Positions 1 through 6,825 of a stretch of DNA of 64,000 bases are shown here, piece after piece. The notes under the pieces are model-generated. The model was not told the DNA's origin, searched no databases, and saw only the letters and a program-made list of their open reading frames with translations. The stretch is from NCBI GenBank assembly GCA_964429275.1, contig CAYSBJ010000001.1, positions 201,776 through 265,775 of the forward strand. Reading direction: 5' to 3'. Source of the DNA: an uncultured Pseudomonadota bacterium (GTDB lineage Bacteria; Babelota; Babeliae; Babelales; JAUPTZ01). The translations under genes were made by a program, and so were the position numbers. Each line of letters opens with the position of its first letter. Within the stretch, counting starts at the first letter, position 1.

Positions 1-1
1 T

Positions 2-574
2 AGAATTCGCAAGTATATGCCGCGGTTGTTGTTTCCCTATTGCGATCATGGGGCTCATCCTATGATGTCGGCACGGAGTCAGAAATTGCGGTCCTGCCTG
101 CAAAGTGAAGGCTTTGAGGTGCATGCGCACCCCGTAGCATCTCGAGAGGAAGCCCTGCTTCTGGTTCAGCAGCATGTGGGTAAGGTTGATGTGGTATTTG
201 ATATGGAAGGGGGTTGTGTATCGATACGATCGGACGCGATATTGTTTTGCTGGAAGAATAAGGTTCCTGTTTGTTCGGGCAGCGGCAGACAGGCTCTTGA
301 AGCTGGGTTCCCCATGGCATATGGCGGTGATTTCGAAGCAATTGCTGAAGCCGTCTGTGACTTGCTGGATTTGCATTTTGAAGAAAGAGTGCCATTTGAT
401 CAGATCCCTCTAAAAACAGTCAATTATGAGCGGCATTTTATGATTAATGAATCTATGTTTTTGCAGTTTGGAGTACCAAAAGAGGCAATTGAGGTGTTGA
501 AGGCCCACGACGATATTGAGGTAGTGAGAGAGTGGATAGACAGGCCAGAACAGGAGGTGTTTGGTCTTCATTGA
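2..574 (+). CDS. ABC-type substrate-binding-protein family paralog (PF04392-like), 5'-truncated by the window edge
   Basis: The frame is open from nt 2, with no stop before the listed ATG at 17. The C-terminal half aligns by eye with the C-terminal halves of the two downstream paralogs (D-x-I/V-x-x-x-E-G ... A-Y-G ... IP ... F-x-I/V-N). Confidence 0.45.
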   Translation, partial: RIRKYMPRLLFPYCDHGAHPMMSARSQKLRSCLQSEGFEVHAHPVASREEALLLVQQHVGKVDVVFDMEGGCVSIRSDAILFCWKNKVPVCSGSGRQALEAGFPMAYGGDFEAIAEAVCDLLDLHFEERVPFDQIPLKTVNYERHFMINESMFLQFGVPKEAIEVLKAHDDIEVVREWIDRPEQEVFGLH

Positions 575-651
575 ACAGTTATAACGAATCAGGATTAAAG
601 TTGAAATAATTTTTACTCTGTTAATGATTAATTGGGACCAGGGGTTGTTTT

Positions 652-1629
652 ATGGAAAAAGCTTTTCGTATAGCGATTTTATTTTGTGAGGATGACCACT
701 CTCACAATGCTTTGGCTTTGGATATTTTTGAGCGACTGAAGGAGCCATCATCATATGGCTTATACTCGCCAGCTCTTATATCGTCTCGCTTTGATGAGCG
801 GGATTTTCGGTTTAATATGTTGGAGGTTATGAAGAAAAAATATGATCTTCTTGTCCCGATAGGAAACTATTTTACGACGCTTACAGATAGTGTTTGTAAG
901 GAATTAGATACAGTTGTTCAGACCGTTTTTGTGGCGGTAACCGAATCAGTTGCTTTAGGTCTTATTCAATCGTTCAAGAGCCCTGGGGGATATATTTCGG
1001 GCGTAATCTTTGCGGATGAGTCGCCTACAATCTATGCGCAAAAAGTTGCCCTCTTAAGGCCTCGCGTGTCGAAAATCTTGGTTCCTTATGGGCCGGCACG
1101 ATTGTCTGGTTTGTTGGAAAAAAGAGCGGAAGAGACGGCAGGTTCTTTGCAAGCTGCTGGCGTTCAGCCTGTTTTGGTGCCAATCTGTTCTGCTGAAGAG
1201 GTCTTAACAGCTTTAGATGAAAATATAGATAATGTTGACGCGATTATGCTTTTGGAGGGCTGTTTTTCTATAATGGTAATAGCGATGATTGTAGCGCGTG
1301 CTTGGCCCAAGAAGAAACTGGTCATTTCTGCCGGAGGTGCAGATGCGTTGTGTCTGGGAGCTACAGCTGCTTATGGTCGAAGTCATAGCGATATAGCTCA
1401 TGATACCGTGAAAATGATACATCGAACGCTCGGAGAACGTATGCCATTAGCCAACCAGCCAGTTGTTGTGCTTCCGAGTAACAGGGCTTTTGTTGTGAAC
1501 GAAGCTTTATTGCAGCAGGCGGGTGATGCAGACTCGCTCTTGACTAAATTACATAGCTTAGGTGTTGTAGTAGTGCGGTTTTGGCCTGCACCGCCTTTAG
1601 ATTTTGATGTAGAGGGGAAAATGAAATAG
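652..1629 (+). CDS. ABC-type substrate-binding-protein family paralog (PF04392-like), no export signal
   Basis: 325-aa ORF. It has a 'SPGGYISGV' motif matching the family's 'RPGGN(I/V)TGV' and begins directly with the first beta-strand (FRIAILF). An in-frame TGA at 625-627 rules out a longer N-terminus. Confidence 0.6.
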   Translation: MEKAFRIAILFCEDDHSHNALALDIFERLKEPSSYGLYSPALISSRFDERDFRFNMLEVMKKKYDLLVPIGNYFTTLTDSVCKELDTVVQTVFVAVTESVALGLIQSFKSPGGYISGVIFADESPTIYAQKVALLRPRVSKILVPYGPARLSGLLEKRAEETAGSLQAAGVQPVLVPICSAEEVLTALDENIDNVDAIMLLEGCFSIMVIAMIVARAWPKKKLVISAGGADALCLGATAAYGRSHSDIAHDTVKMIHRTLGERMPLANQPVVVLPSNRAFVVNEALLQQAGDADSLLTKLHSLGVVVVRFWPAPPLDFDVEGKMK

Positions 1630-1681
1630 TTTGATGAGTCATAGGGATGGTGGTTTGTTTCAATAATATGGAGGATTTTTC

Positions 1682-1840
1682 ATGAAATGTTTTAATGCCG
1701 GGCTTGGAATGCCTGTTGTATTAGTGCTTGTTATAAGTGTTTTTTTAAATGTCGCTTTATTGAACTGTTATAATTTATTCACAGACATTAAAGAATCAAT
1801 TTCAGTGGTGCAGTCTAAAAGAGCATCGCTCAACAAATAA
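1682..1840 (+). CDS. small hydrophobic protein (52 aa, one TM helix)
   Basis: ATG preceded by a GGAGGA RBS (atggaggatttttcATG). Translation is MKCFNAGLGMPVVLVLVISVFLNVALLNCYNLF... It falls below the 60-aa cutoff of the ORF track. Confidence 0.35.
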   Translation: MKCFNAGLGMPVVLVLVISVFLNVALLNCYNLFTDIKESISVVQSKRASLNK

Positions 1841-1931
1841 CAACTTCGCGGTTGTTCTCTAATAAAGGGTGCCGCTCCACTACTTACTACGCATCTGTGG
1901 GGTGGCACCCGATAGAGTTTTTGAAAGATTT

Positions 1932-2996
1932 ATGTATATGCAGAAAAGGTATATTTTTATCGGGCTATCTGTTGTGGGACTTGTGGTTGCCGCATTCTTT
2001 TTCGGCCGGCACATTGAGAGCAAGCCGCGAACTGCCGCCGTGTTGGTGGCGAGTGGTTCTCCGATGACCGAGTCGGTGTACGACGGTATTGTTCATGCAT
2101 TTGAAAAGAGTGCCAGGGGGTGTTCCGTTTGTGTGACGCCGTACTGGGTGGTTGCTGGTGACAAGATGCAAACCGGTTTGACCTGCGAAGCGCTGTTGGC
2201 GGCAAAGCCAGACCTTGTTCTTTCGGTGGGAATTACATGTACTCGTGCGCTGGTGGAAGTTATGCGGCGACGACATTCTGCCATTCCAACGGTGTATGTA
2301 GGGGTGCCAAATGAGTTGGCGCTTGCATTTATTGATTCGCTTGAGCGGCCGGGCGGGAATATCACCGGTGTGATGGCCGACCATATTAACGTAGGAATCT
2401 CTGCTTGTTTGATACTGGCGGTGAAGCCGCAGGTAAAAAAGGTTCTTATTCCGTATGAAATGGGGTTCAATGTGAACGGGTATGCTGAAGCGCTTATCGC
2501 CACGATTAAGGGATATCTTGAGCCACGAGGAGTCGCCGTAGATGTATTGCCGCTGAATGGCTTGAGTGATGCGCTCACTCGTGTTAAAGCGCGCTTGTCC
2601 GGGCATGATATGATTTTTGGACTAGAAGGTGAGCCGGCGGTGGGCCAACTGTGTGCTGGTTTTGCGCGGTTGTGTGATGAAGAAGGGGTAACCTTTTTTG
2701 TGAGCACGTATGAAGGAGTTTCGGTTGGGGCGGCAATTACGTATGCCATTAATCCAAAGTTCACCAGTAGCGCTGCAGTTACTCAGGGGTTACGTATTTT
2801 GTTCGGTCGCAGAAAGCCAGCGACGTTGCCGATCATTCAGCTTGATAGCACCCGTGAGTTATTCATAAATCCGGTGGCAGCCAAGACTCAAGGCTGCCCG
2901 CTTGATCCTAACGACGTTATCCACCACATTGAAACCGATCCAGCATTGGCACCGTTGCGGGGCAGGGTTTTAGTGACGACGTTTGGCAGCTTTTAA
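1932..2996 (+). CDS. ABC-type substrate-binding protein (PF04392-like) with N-terminal membrane anchor
   Basis: Contains the 'LERPGGNITGV' family signature. The internal ATG at 1932 gives MYMQKRYIFIGLSVVGLVVAAFFF (signal anchor). The listed start at 1869 adds an implausible leader. Confidence 0.65.
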   Translation: MYMQKRYIFIGLSVVGLVVAAFFFGRHIESKPRTAAVLVASGSPMTESVYDGIVHAFEKSARGCSVCVTPYWVVAGDKMQTGLTCEALLAAKPDLVLSVGITCTRALVEVMRRRHSAIPTVYVGVPNELALAFIDSLERPGGNITGVMADHINVGISACLILAVKPQVKKVLIPYEMGFNVNGYAEALIATIKGYLEPRGVAVDVLPLNGLSDALTRVKARLSGHDMIFGLEGEPAVGQLCAGFARLCDEEGVTFFVSTYEGVSVGAAITYAINPKFTSSAAVTQGLRILFGRRKPATLPIIQLDSTRELFINPVAAKTQGCPLDPNDVIHHIETDPALAPLRGRVLVTTFGSF

Positions 2997-3071
2997 TTAC
3001 ACTACATTGTCGGCAATTTTCCTCTGTGTTACTATACGCACCCCAGGCCGCCAACCCTTTTTGAGTTTTTT

Positions 3072-3758
3072 ATGAATCTTCGAAGTTTTTTTCTTGTACC
3101 TCTTTTAGTGCTTGCTGCATCATCCCTTGTTGCATCTGATGTTGCGTCTAATCAGCGTTATGTTTGGGCATCTCAAGACCTTCGGTCGCGGGTTATTTGT
3201 GAGTCTGTGGCTGACACTTCAATGTTCGTTTTTAATCCCTGCGTGAGTACTGCTTCAGGTCGGCTAGGCTCTGCGCCTATTGATTGGGCGGTTAGTCGAC
3301 TTCGAGGCTCTCATAAGTCCTTACTTGTAGCTGGTGACTATAAAATAGCGATTTTTACTTTTGCCTGCACGCGAACACTACCAATAGATGGCGATAAGGT
3401 ATTGCCTGGTGTGGTGGCAGCATATAAAAAACTTTCATCGACATATCAAAGGCTGCGGGCACCTCTTGATATTATTTTCCTTTCTAGTGGGCATAATTCG
3501 TGCTCGGAACGGAGAGAGGATTTCATTATTATTGTGACAAGGCTGAAGCTTCCTTCTGGTGTTGAGAAGAAGGCGTTCCATATTTTTACTTCTGCTGGCA
3601 AAGATGTTGGTGGCCTCTCCCCAAGAGATTTGGTAGGCGCGTTGTGCGGGGTGATCTTGGAAGATTCTGGTTTGGCGGTAATAGACCTTACGTCTTGCAT
3701 GGAAGAGGGCCCCGAGCTGGATACTTTTCTAGCGGTTCTGATGAGTAAACAGGAATAG
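3072..3758 (+). CDS. exported protein, member 1 of local 'ASD' paralog family
   Basis: Signal peptide MNLRSFFLVPLLVLAASSLVA|SD. Shares an early Cys (VICES) and an F-T-F-A-C core with the three downstream paralogs. Confidence 0.6.
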   Translation: MNLRSFFLVPLLVLAASSLVASDVASNQRYVWASQDLRSRVICESVADTSMFVFNPCVSTASGRLGSAPIDWAVSRLRGSHKSLLVAGDYKIAIFTFACTRTLPIDGDKVLPGVVAAYKKLSSTYQRLRAPLDIIFLSSGHNSCSERREDFIIIVTRLKLPSGVEKKAFHIFTSAGKDVGGLSPRDLVGALCGVILEDSGLAVIDLTSCMEEGPELDTFLAVLMSKQE

Positions 3759-3787
3759 TCGAGCGATCCCTTTTACAGAATTGAGTA

Positions 3788-3956
3788 CGCTGGACATTCT
3801 TGTGTTTTGAGATATGATATCTCGCAACAAATGTGCCACAAAGCCCTCTACAAAGGGTAATGCTCCAGGAAACGTCACGGGCGGGGTGTTATCTGAAGAG
3901 GGCGGCCGAATTAAAGTTAGACTGCCGAGTAGTTCAAAACTACTCGGCAGTTTTTT
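3788..3956 (+). repeat. conserved noncoding module, copy 1 (full length, ends in an intrinsic terminator)
   Basis: By hand alignment, 85 of 89 core positions (3831-3919) are identical to copy 3 (6492-6580). Contains the TGATATC palindrome, a GCCCTCT...AGAGGGC long-range complement and a terminator hairpin. Confidence 0.75.
3922..3956 (+). terminator. rho-independent terminator (3' end of module copy 1)
   Basis: Stem CTGCCGAGTAG / CTACTCGGCAG with loop TTCAAAA, followed by T6. Confidence 0.7.
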
Positions 3957-4156
3957 GTGTACATGATGCTCGTTTGGGGTAATCTTTACAGGCAGCTTGC
4001 ACTTTGTCTTCATAAAAAAACTACTTGTTTAAAAGTGTTTCTGTAAGATTTTACGAAAACACCATAGGGCTCCTTGTTTTGTAAAGATTGCATTGATTTC
4101 TGGCGTACATCATGAGTGAAAGGGGATAATTGAGCGGCTGTGAAAAAATCGATCTT

Positions 4157-4275
4157 CGCTGGACATCCTCCTGTGTTGCGATATGATATCTCGCAACAAA
4201 TGCGCCACAAAGCCCTCTACAAAGGGTAGTGCTCCAGGAGACGTCACGGGCGGGGTGTTATCTGTTGAAGGGGCC
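4157..4275 (+). repeat. conserved noncoding module, copy 2 (3'-truncated, no terminator)
   Basis: Collinear with copy 1 from CGCTGGACAT to GTTATCTG, then diverges into a T10 run (4284-4293), a GAGG RBS and the 4303 start codon. Confidence 0.65.
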
Positions 4276-4302
4276 ATATAGTATTTTTTTTTTGAGGTTT
4301 TT

Positions 4303-5034
4303 ATGAATTATCAACATTTTTTATCATTTTTACTTGTATTAACAGCGACAGCTCCTCTTATCGCAAGTGATGCAGTTGTGGCAGAAGAGATGTCGAGAAA
4401 GACAGAGCGCGAGATCTGCGCGGGGGGCTGGCCAGAGCATCCGATTAATAAGTTTTATGAATCTATTGGTTCTTCCGTACATGACAGGTCTGGTAAATTC
4501 GTATATGACATGTCTGGTAAATTATGGAAGGTTTTACATTGTGGCACGGGGATATTTTTTGAACTGTTGACTAAAGATAATGAACGTCTTGCTTATTTTG
4601 GACATTCTTCGGAATCCTTTGTGTTAAACGGTCCTCGGTTCGTGACAAAACAAGATTTTAGTGACGAGCATTGCTTGAACATAAAAAGCGTTAAAGCGAT
4701 CTTCGAGTCTGAGGGCATGACGATGGTGTCTGCGTTTATTGGTCAAGATTACGTGGAAGCTACAGCCCTTTACTATTTTTGTTTTGCGGAAAAAGAAGGT
4801 AAACGGTATATATTCGTTCTTCCGAGGACACATGTTGGCGGCTCTGCGCCTCGTTATTCTAGTGAGATTTCTTCGACCAGTGGTTGGTTATCTGTTGTGA
4901 GTAGAGGGCCGGGGGATTTTCGAGCCATATCTATTGTTTCTGATCTTCTGACGGGTGAAAAACTTTCAGCTCTTATACAGCCAGTAGATGAAGAGCTTGT
5001 AGTGGCAGATAGCGGGAAAGTGGATGACAATTAA
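4303..5034 (+). CDS. exported protein, member 2 of local 'ASD' paralog family
   Basis: Signal peptide ...LTATAPLIA|SD with a GAGG RBS. Family motifs EICAGGW and YYFCFAEK are present. Confidence 0.65.
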   Translation: MNYQHFLSFLLVLTATAPLIASDAVVAEEMSRKTEREICAGGWPEHPINKFYESIGSSVHDRSGKFVYDMSGKLWKVLHCGTGIFFELLTKDNERLAYFGHSSESFVLNGPRFVTKQDFSDEHCLNIKSVKAIFESEGMTMVSAFIGQDYVEATALYYFCFAEKEGKRYIFVLPRTHVGGSAPRYSSEISSTSGWLSVVSRGPGDFRAISIVSDLLTGEKLSALIQPVDEELVVADSGKVDDN

Positions 5035-5094
5035 TTTTTTGATTTGTCTCCGAACAGGCTTTGGAGATCGTATCTAAATTATTGATGTAATGGA

Positions 5095-5133
5095 GGTGCC
5101 ATGTAGTTTTGTACTGCATGGCACCTTTTTTTT
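5095..5133 (+). terminator. rho-independent terminator
   Basis: 12-bp stem GGTGCCATGTAG / CTGCATGGCACC (one G-U pair), followed by T8. Confidence 0.75.
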
Positions 5134-5146
5134 ATATTTTGTGAGG

Positions 5147-5161
5147 GCGTGTCCTCATTTC
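5147..5161 (-). repeat. IS-end-like motif, inverted copy
   Basis: The reverse complement GAAATGAGGACACGC matches GAAATGAGGGCATGC at 5202-5216 and 6752-6766. Confidence 0.3.
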
Positions 5162-5193
5162 TAAATAATCCGAGCTGGTCTCTCTCTTTGAGC

Positions 5194-5216
5194 TTGAAAC
5201 TGAAATGAGGGCATGC
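5194..5216 (+). repeat. IS-end-like 23-nt motif, copy abutting the transposase relic
   Basis: TTGAAACTGAAATGAGGGCATGC matches 6744-6766 at 22 of 23 positions. It lies about 20 nt beyond the 3' end of the relic ORF. Confidence 0.4.
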
Positions 5217-5237
5217 TGTCAAACCAAAATGATTTTG

Positions 5238-5684
5238 TCACAACTTAGCCCCACATGATTTTGTCACTTTTTCTTCATGCTTGTAGCCCATAGGTGGCTC
5301 ATCGGAAAGAAACCAGAAGGGATTTTTTGGTTTCTTCGGGCGTGTAGCATAAGGATGTGTTTTTCGAATACGCGCAATTGCCTCAATACGGGTTGCTGAA
5401 ATGGGCTTGCCTCGGACCATAAAGCAGGTTGTGCCGTCAGGGTATGTTCTGATCGTTATGTTTTCTTTGGCCTTAAGTCGAATTGATTGATCTTTGAGTA
5501 CCTGATAAAAGGCATCATAATATTGAAAAGTCCAGTCGTTTTGTAGCTGACGCGTCTCGTTAATAGTAAGTATTTCTAGCAAGTTATGTGCTCCCAGTGG
5601 GCGATTTGCATCCTCTGCCAAGAGAGGTTTTTTCTCATAGCGCTTAAGGAGTGATATTTTTATTTTGGTAGAGTTGTGACAATA
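5238..5684 (-). pseudogene. 5'-truncated transposase/integrase C-terminal fragment (IS relic)
   Basis: The frame is open only for ~148 codons with no plausible start and is bounded upstream by an in-frame TGA. The segment 'TRQLQNDWTFQYYDAFYQV...ITIRTYPDGTTCFMVRGKPI' resembles, from memory, the C-terminal beta-barrel of DDE/rve-type (ISNCY/IS481-like) transposases. Confidence 0.45.
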
Positions 5685-5820
5685 TCACGTTGGTAAGATA
5701 GGCTGAGAGCAGCAGGTTGCGCGTAGCAAGGGAAAGTTGTAGATTACTGGCTGCTCCACCGCTCTTTTTAGTTTACGTGTTATACGAGTATTTCAGTTCT
5801 TTGTTTGCCGGGAGGCCTTT

Positions 5821-6423
5821 ATGATGTTTCTATTGTTTGCGATGTTGATGCCTGTTCTTCCCCTCTTTGCCAGCGATGCTGGAGGTGCTACGGTCCGTGA
5901 AATGCCCGTGCTTTCCACCGTGCTGCGGAGCCTGGGAAAAATTGAGTGCGCTGGCTTGGAATGGCAAGTTATAACTGTACCGGAGCGCATCTGCTTGGTT
6001 TCCCACGGATCTGAGACTCCGTCTCCGCAGATAAACCTATTCGGCACGTGGGACAGCGTCTCGGGGTTGTTTTCTTGGCCGGAGATGAAGACTTTTGCTC
6101 AACGTGTGTACCGCGCGTTTGCCGAGAAGGCGAGCAATCCGGCAGTGAAGCTTCTATTTGTTATCTTCGACTTTGCCTGCAAAAAGGAATATTGTGGGAT
6201 CATTACTGCCGCAACAGGGGCTGAGGGCGTGTCTCGCTCCCACCTTCATTTTTTTGATGGGGATGCGGTCTTAATTTCAGCGACCGATTCCTTTTATCTT
6301 CTGCAACAATTGGGTCCTTACGCGGGGGGGAACGTGGTCGGGTGGGCAAGAGCAGGGTACGGCTTGGAGGATCTTCTTGCCGATCCTCTCGGCACAGCGG
6401 GGCCCTGTGCTGGCAGATTTTAG
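5821..6423 (+). CDS. exported protein, member 3 of local 'ASD' paralog family
   Basis: GGAGG RBS and signal peptide ...MPVLPLFA|SD. Family motifs IECAGLEW and VIFDFACKK are present. Confidence 0.6.
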   Translation: MMFLLFAMLMPVLPLFASDAGGATVREMPVLSTVLRSLGKIECAGLEWQVITVPERICLVSHGSETPSPQINLFGTWDSVSGLFSWPEMKTFAQRVYRAFAEKASNPAVKLLFVIFDFACKKEYCGIITAATGAEGVSRSHLHFFDGDAVLISATDSFYLLQQLGPYAGGNVVGWARAGYGLEDLLADPLGTAGPCAGRF

Positions 6424-6460
6424 CAAATTATAGCGTGTGCGGGTGGATGAGCTAGACTTT

Positions 6461-6617
6461 GCCCCATTTGGGGATGTGATATCGCCCAACGAATGCGCCA
6501 CTAAGCCCTCTGCAAAGGGTAATGCTCCAGGAAGCGTCACGGGCGGGGTGTTATCTGAAGAGGGCGGCCGAATTAAAGTTAAGCCCCCGAGTAGTTCAAA
6601 ACTACTCGGGGGCTTTT
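6461..6617 (+). repeat. conserved noncoding module, copy 3 (full length, with terminator)
   Basis: Collinear with copy 1 through the core and the terminator. The terminator stem differs by paired changes in both arms. Confidence 0.75.
6583..6617 (+). terminator. terminator hairpin of module copy 3
   Basis: Stem GCCCCCGAGTAG / CTACTCGGGGGC with the same TTCAAAA loop as copy 1. The T tract is shorter (TTTTGTGT). Confidence 0.55.
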
Positions 6618-6743
6618 GTGTAACGGCACCTTGTAGAAAACTTATTTGTGTGCCTCAAAAAATGGCGTGGAGTGGCCACCAGATTCGAAAAACTTGCCCG
6701 CAATTATAAAGTCGTTATGTATAGTGCGTGTATGATAATGTGG

Positions 6744-6766
6744 TTGAAACTCAAATGAGGGCATGC
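6744..6766 (+). repeat. IS-end-like 23-nt motif, solo copy
   Basis: TTGAAACTCAAATGAGGGCATGC. It overlaps the perfect palindrome AGGGCATGCCCT (6758-6769). Confidence 0.4.
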
Positions 6767-6825
6767 CCTAGCGGGGCCAGGACGGTTATGGTAGCCTGAG
6801 GTAGATATAACATTGGGAGACTCTG

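Noticed and set aside
1965-2764. Long antisense ORFs opposite real genes (1965-2606 and 2093-2764). Others are 33727-34158, 35200-35727, 38401-38910, 39894-40523, 40851-41375, 50793-51203, 54249-54737, 30488-30883, 27566-27961 and 20489-20890.
   Set aside because: Each lies entirely within, or largely overlaps, a gene on the opposite strand that has clear motifs or export signals. None has an RBS or any recognisable motif.
3817-3965. Small ORF inside the module (copy 1: MISRNKCATKPSTKGNAPGNVTGGVLSEEGGRIKV...), with parallel frames in copies 2 and 3. Also the listed ORFs 3729-4013(-), 6277-6540(-) and 6437-6709(+).
   Set aside because: In copies 1 and 3 the frame runs through the terminator hairpin and T tract before reaching a stop. 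Copy 3 starts with GTG and has no RBS. Stem covariation fits RNA structure better than coding. Two of the six substitutions are synonymous, so a micropeptide is not fully excluded. Ribosome profiling could test it.
3788-6617. Diversity-generating retroelement (template/variable repeats): at 5 of the 6 variable core positions among the three module copies, copy 1 carries an A where another copy differs.
   Set aside because: There is no reverse transcriptase or Avd-like gene in the window. The repeats lie outside the predicted target ORFs rather than at a C-terminal coding region. Four of the five changes are plain A-to-G transitions, and the sample is only six sites. An RT search in the full genome would settle this.
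3788-6617. Integron gene-cassette array with attC sites: short same-strand ORFs separated by conserved ~100-170 nt repeats, with GTTAGAC / GTTAAGC matching the GTTRRRY core and GCCCAAC in copy 3 matching RYYYAAC.
   Set aside because: No intI integrase or attI is seen. The two halves of the module are not the extended imperfect inverted repeat expected of attC. Copies 1 and 2 lack a good inverse core. Homology continues past the putative crossover point into a covarying terminator. An attC covariance model (as in IntegronFinder) run on the full genome would be the decisive test.
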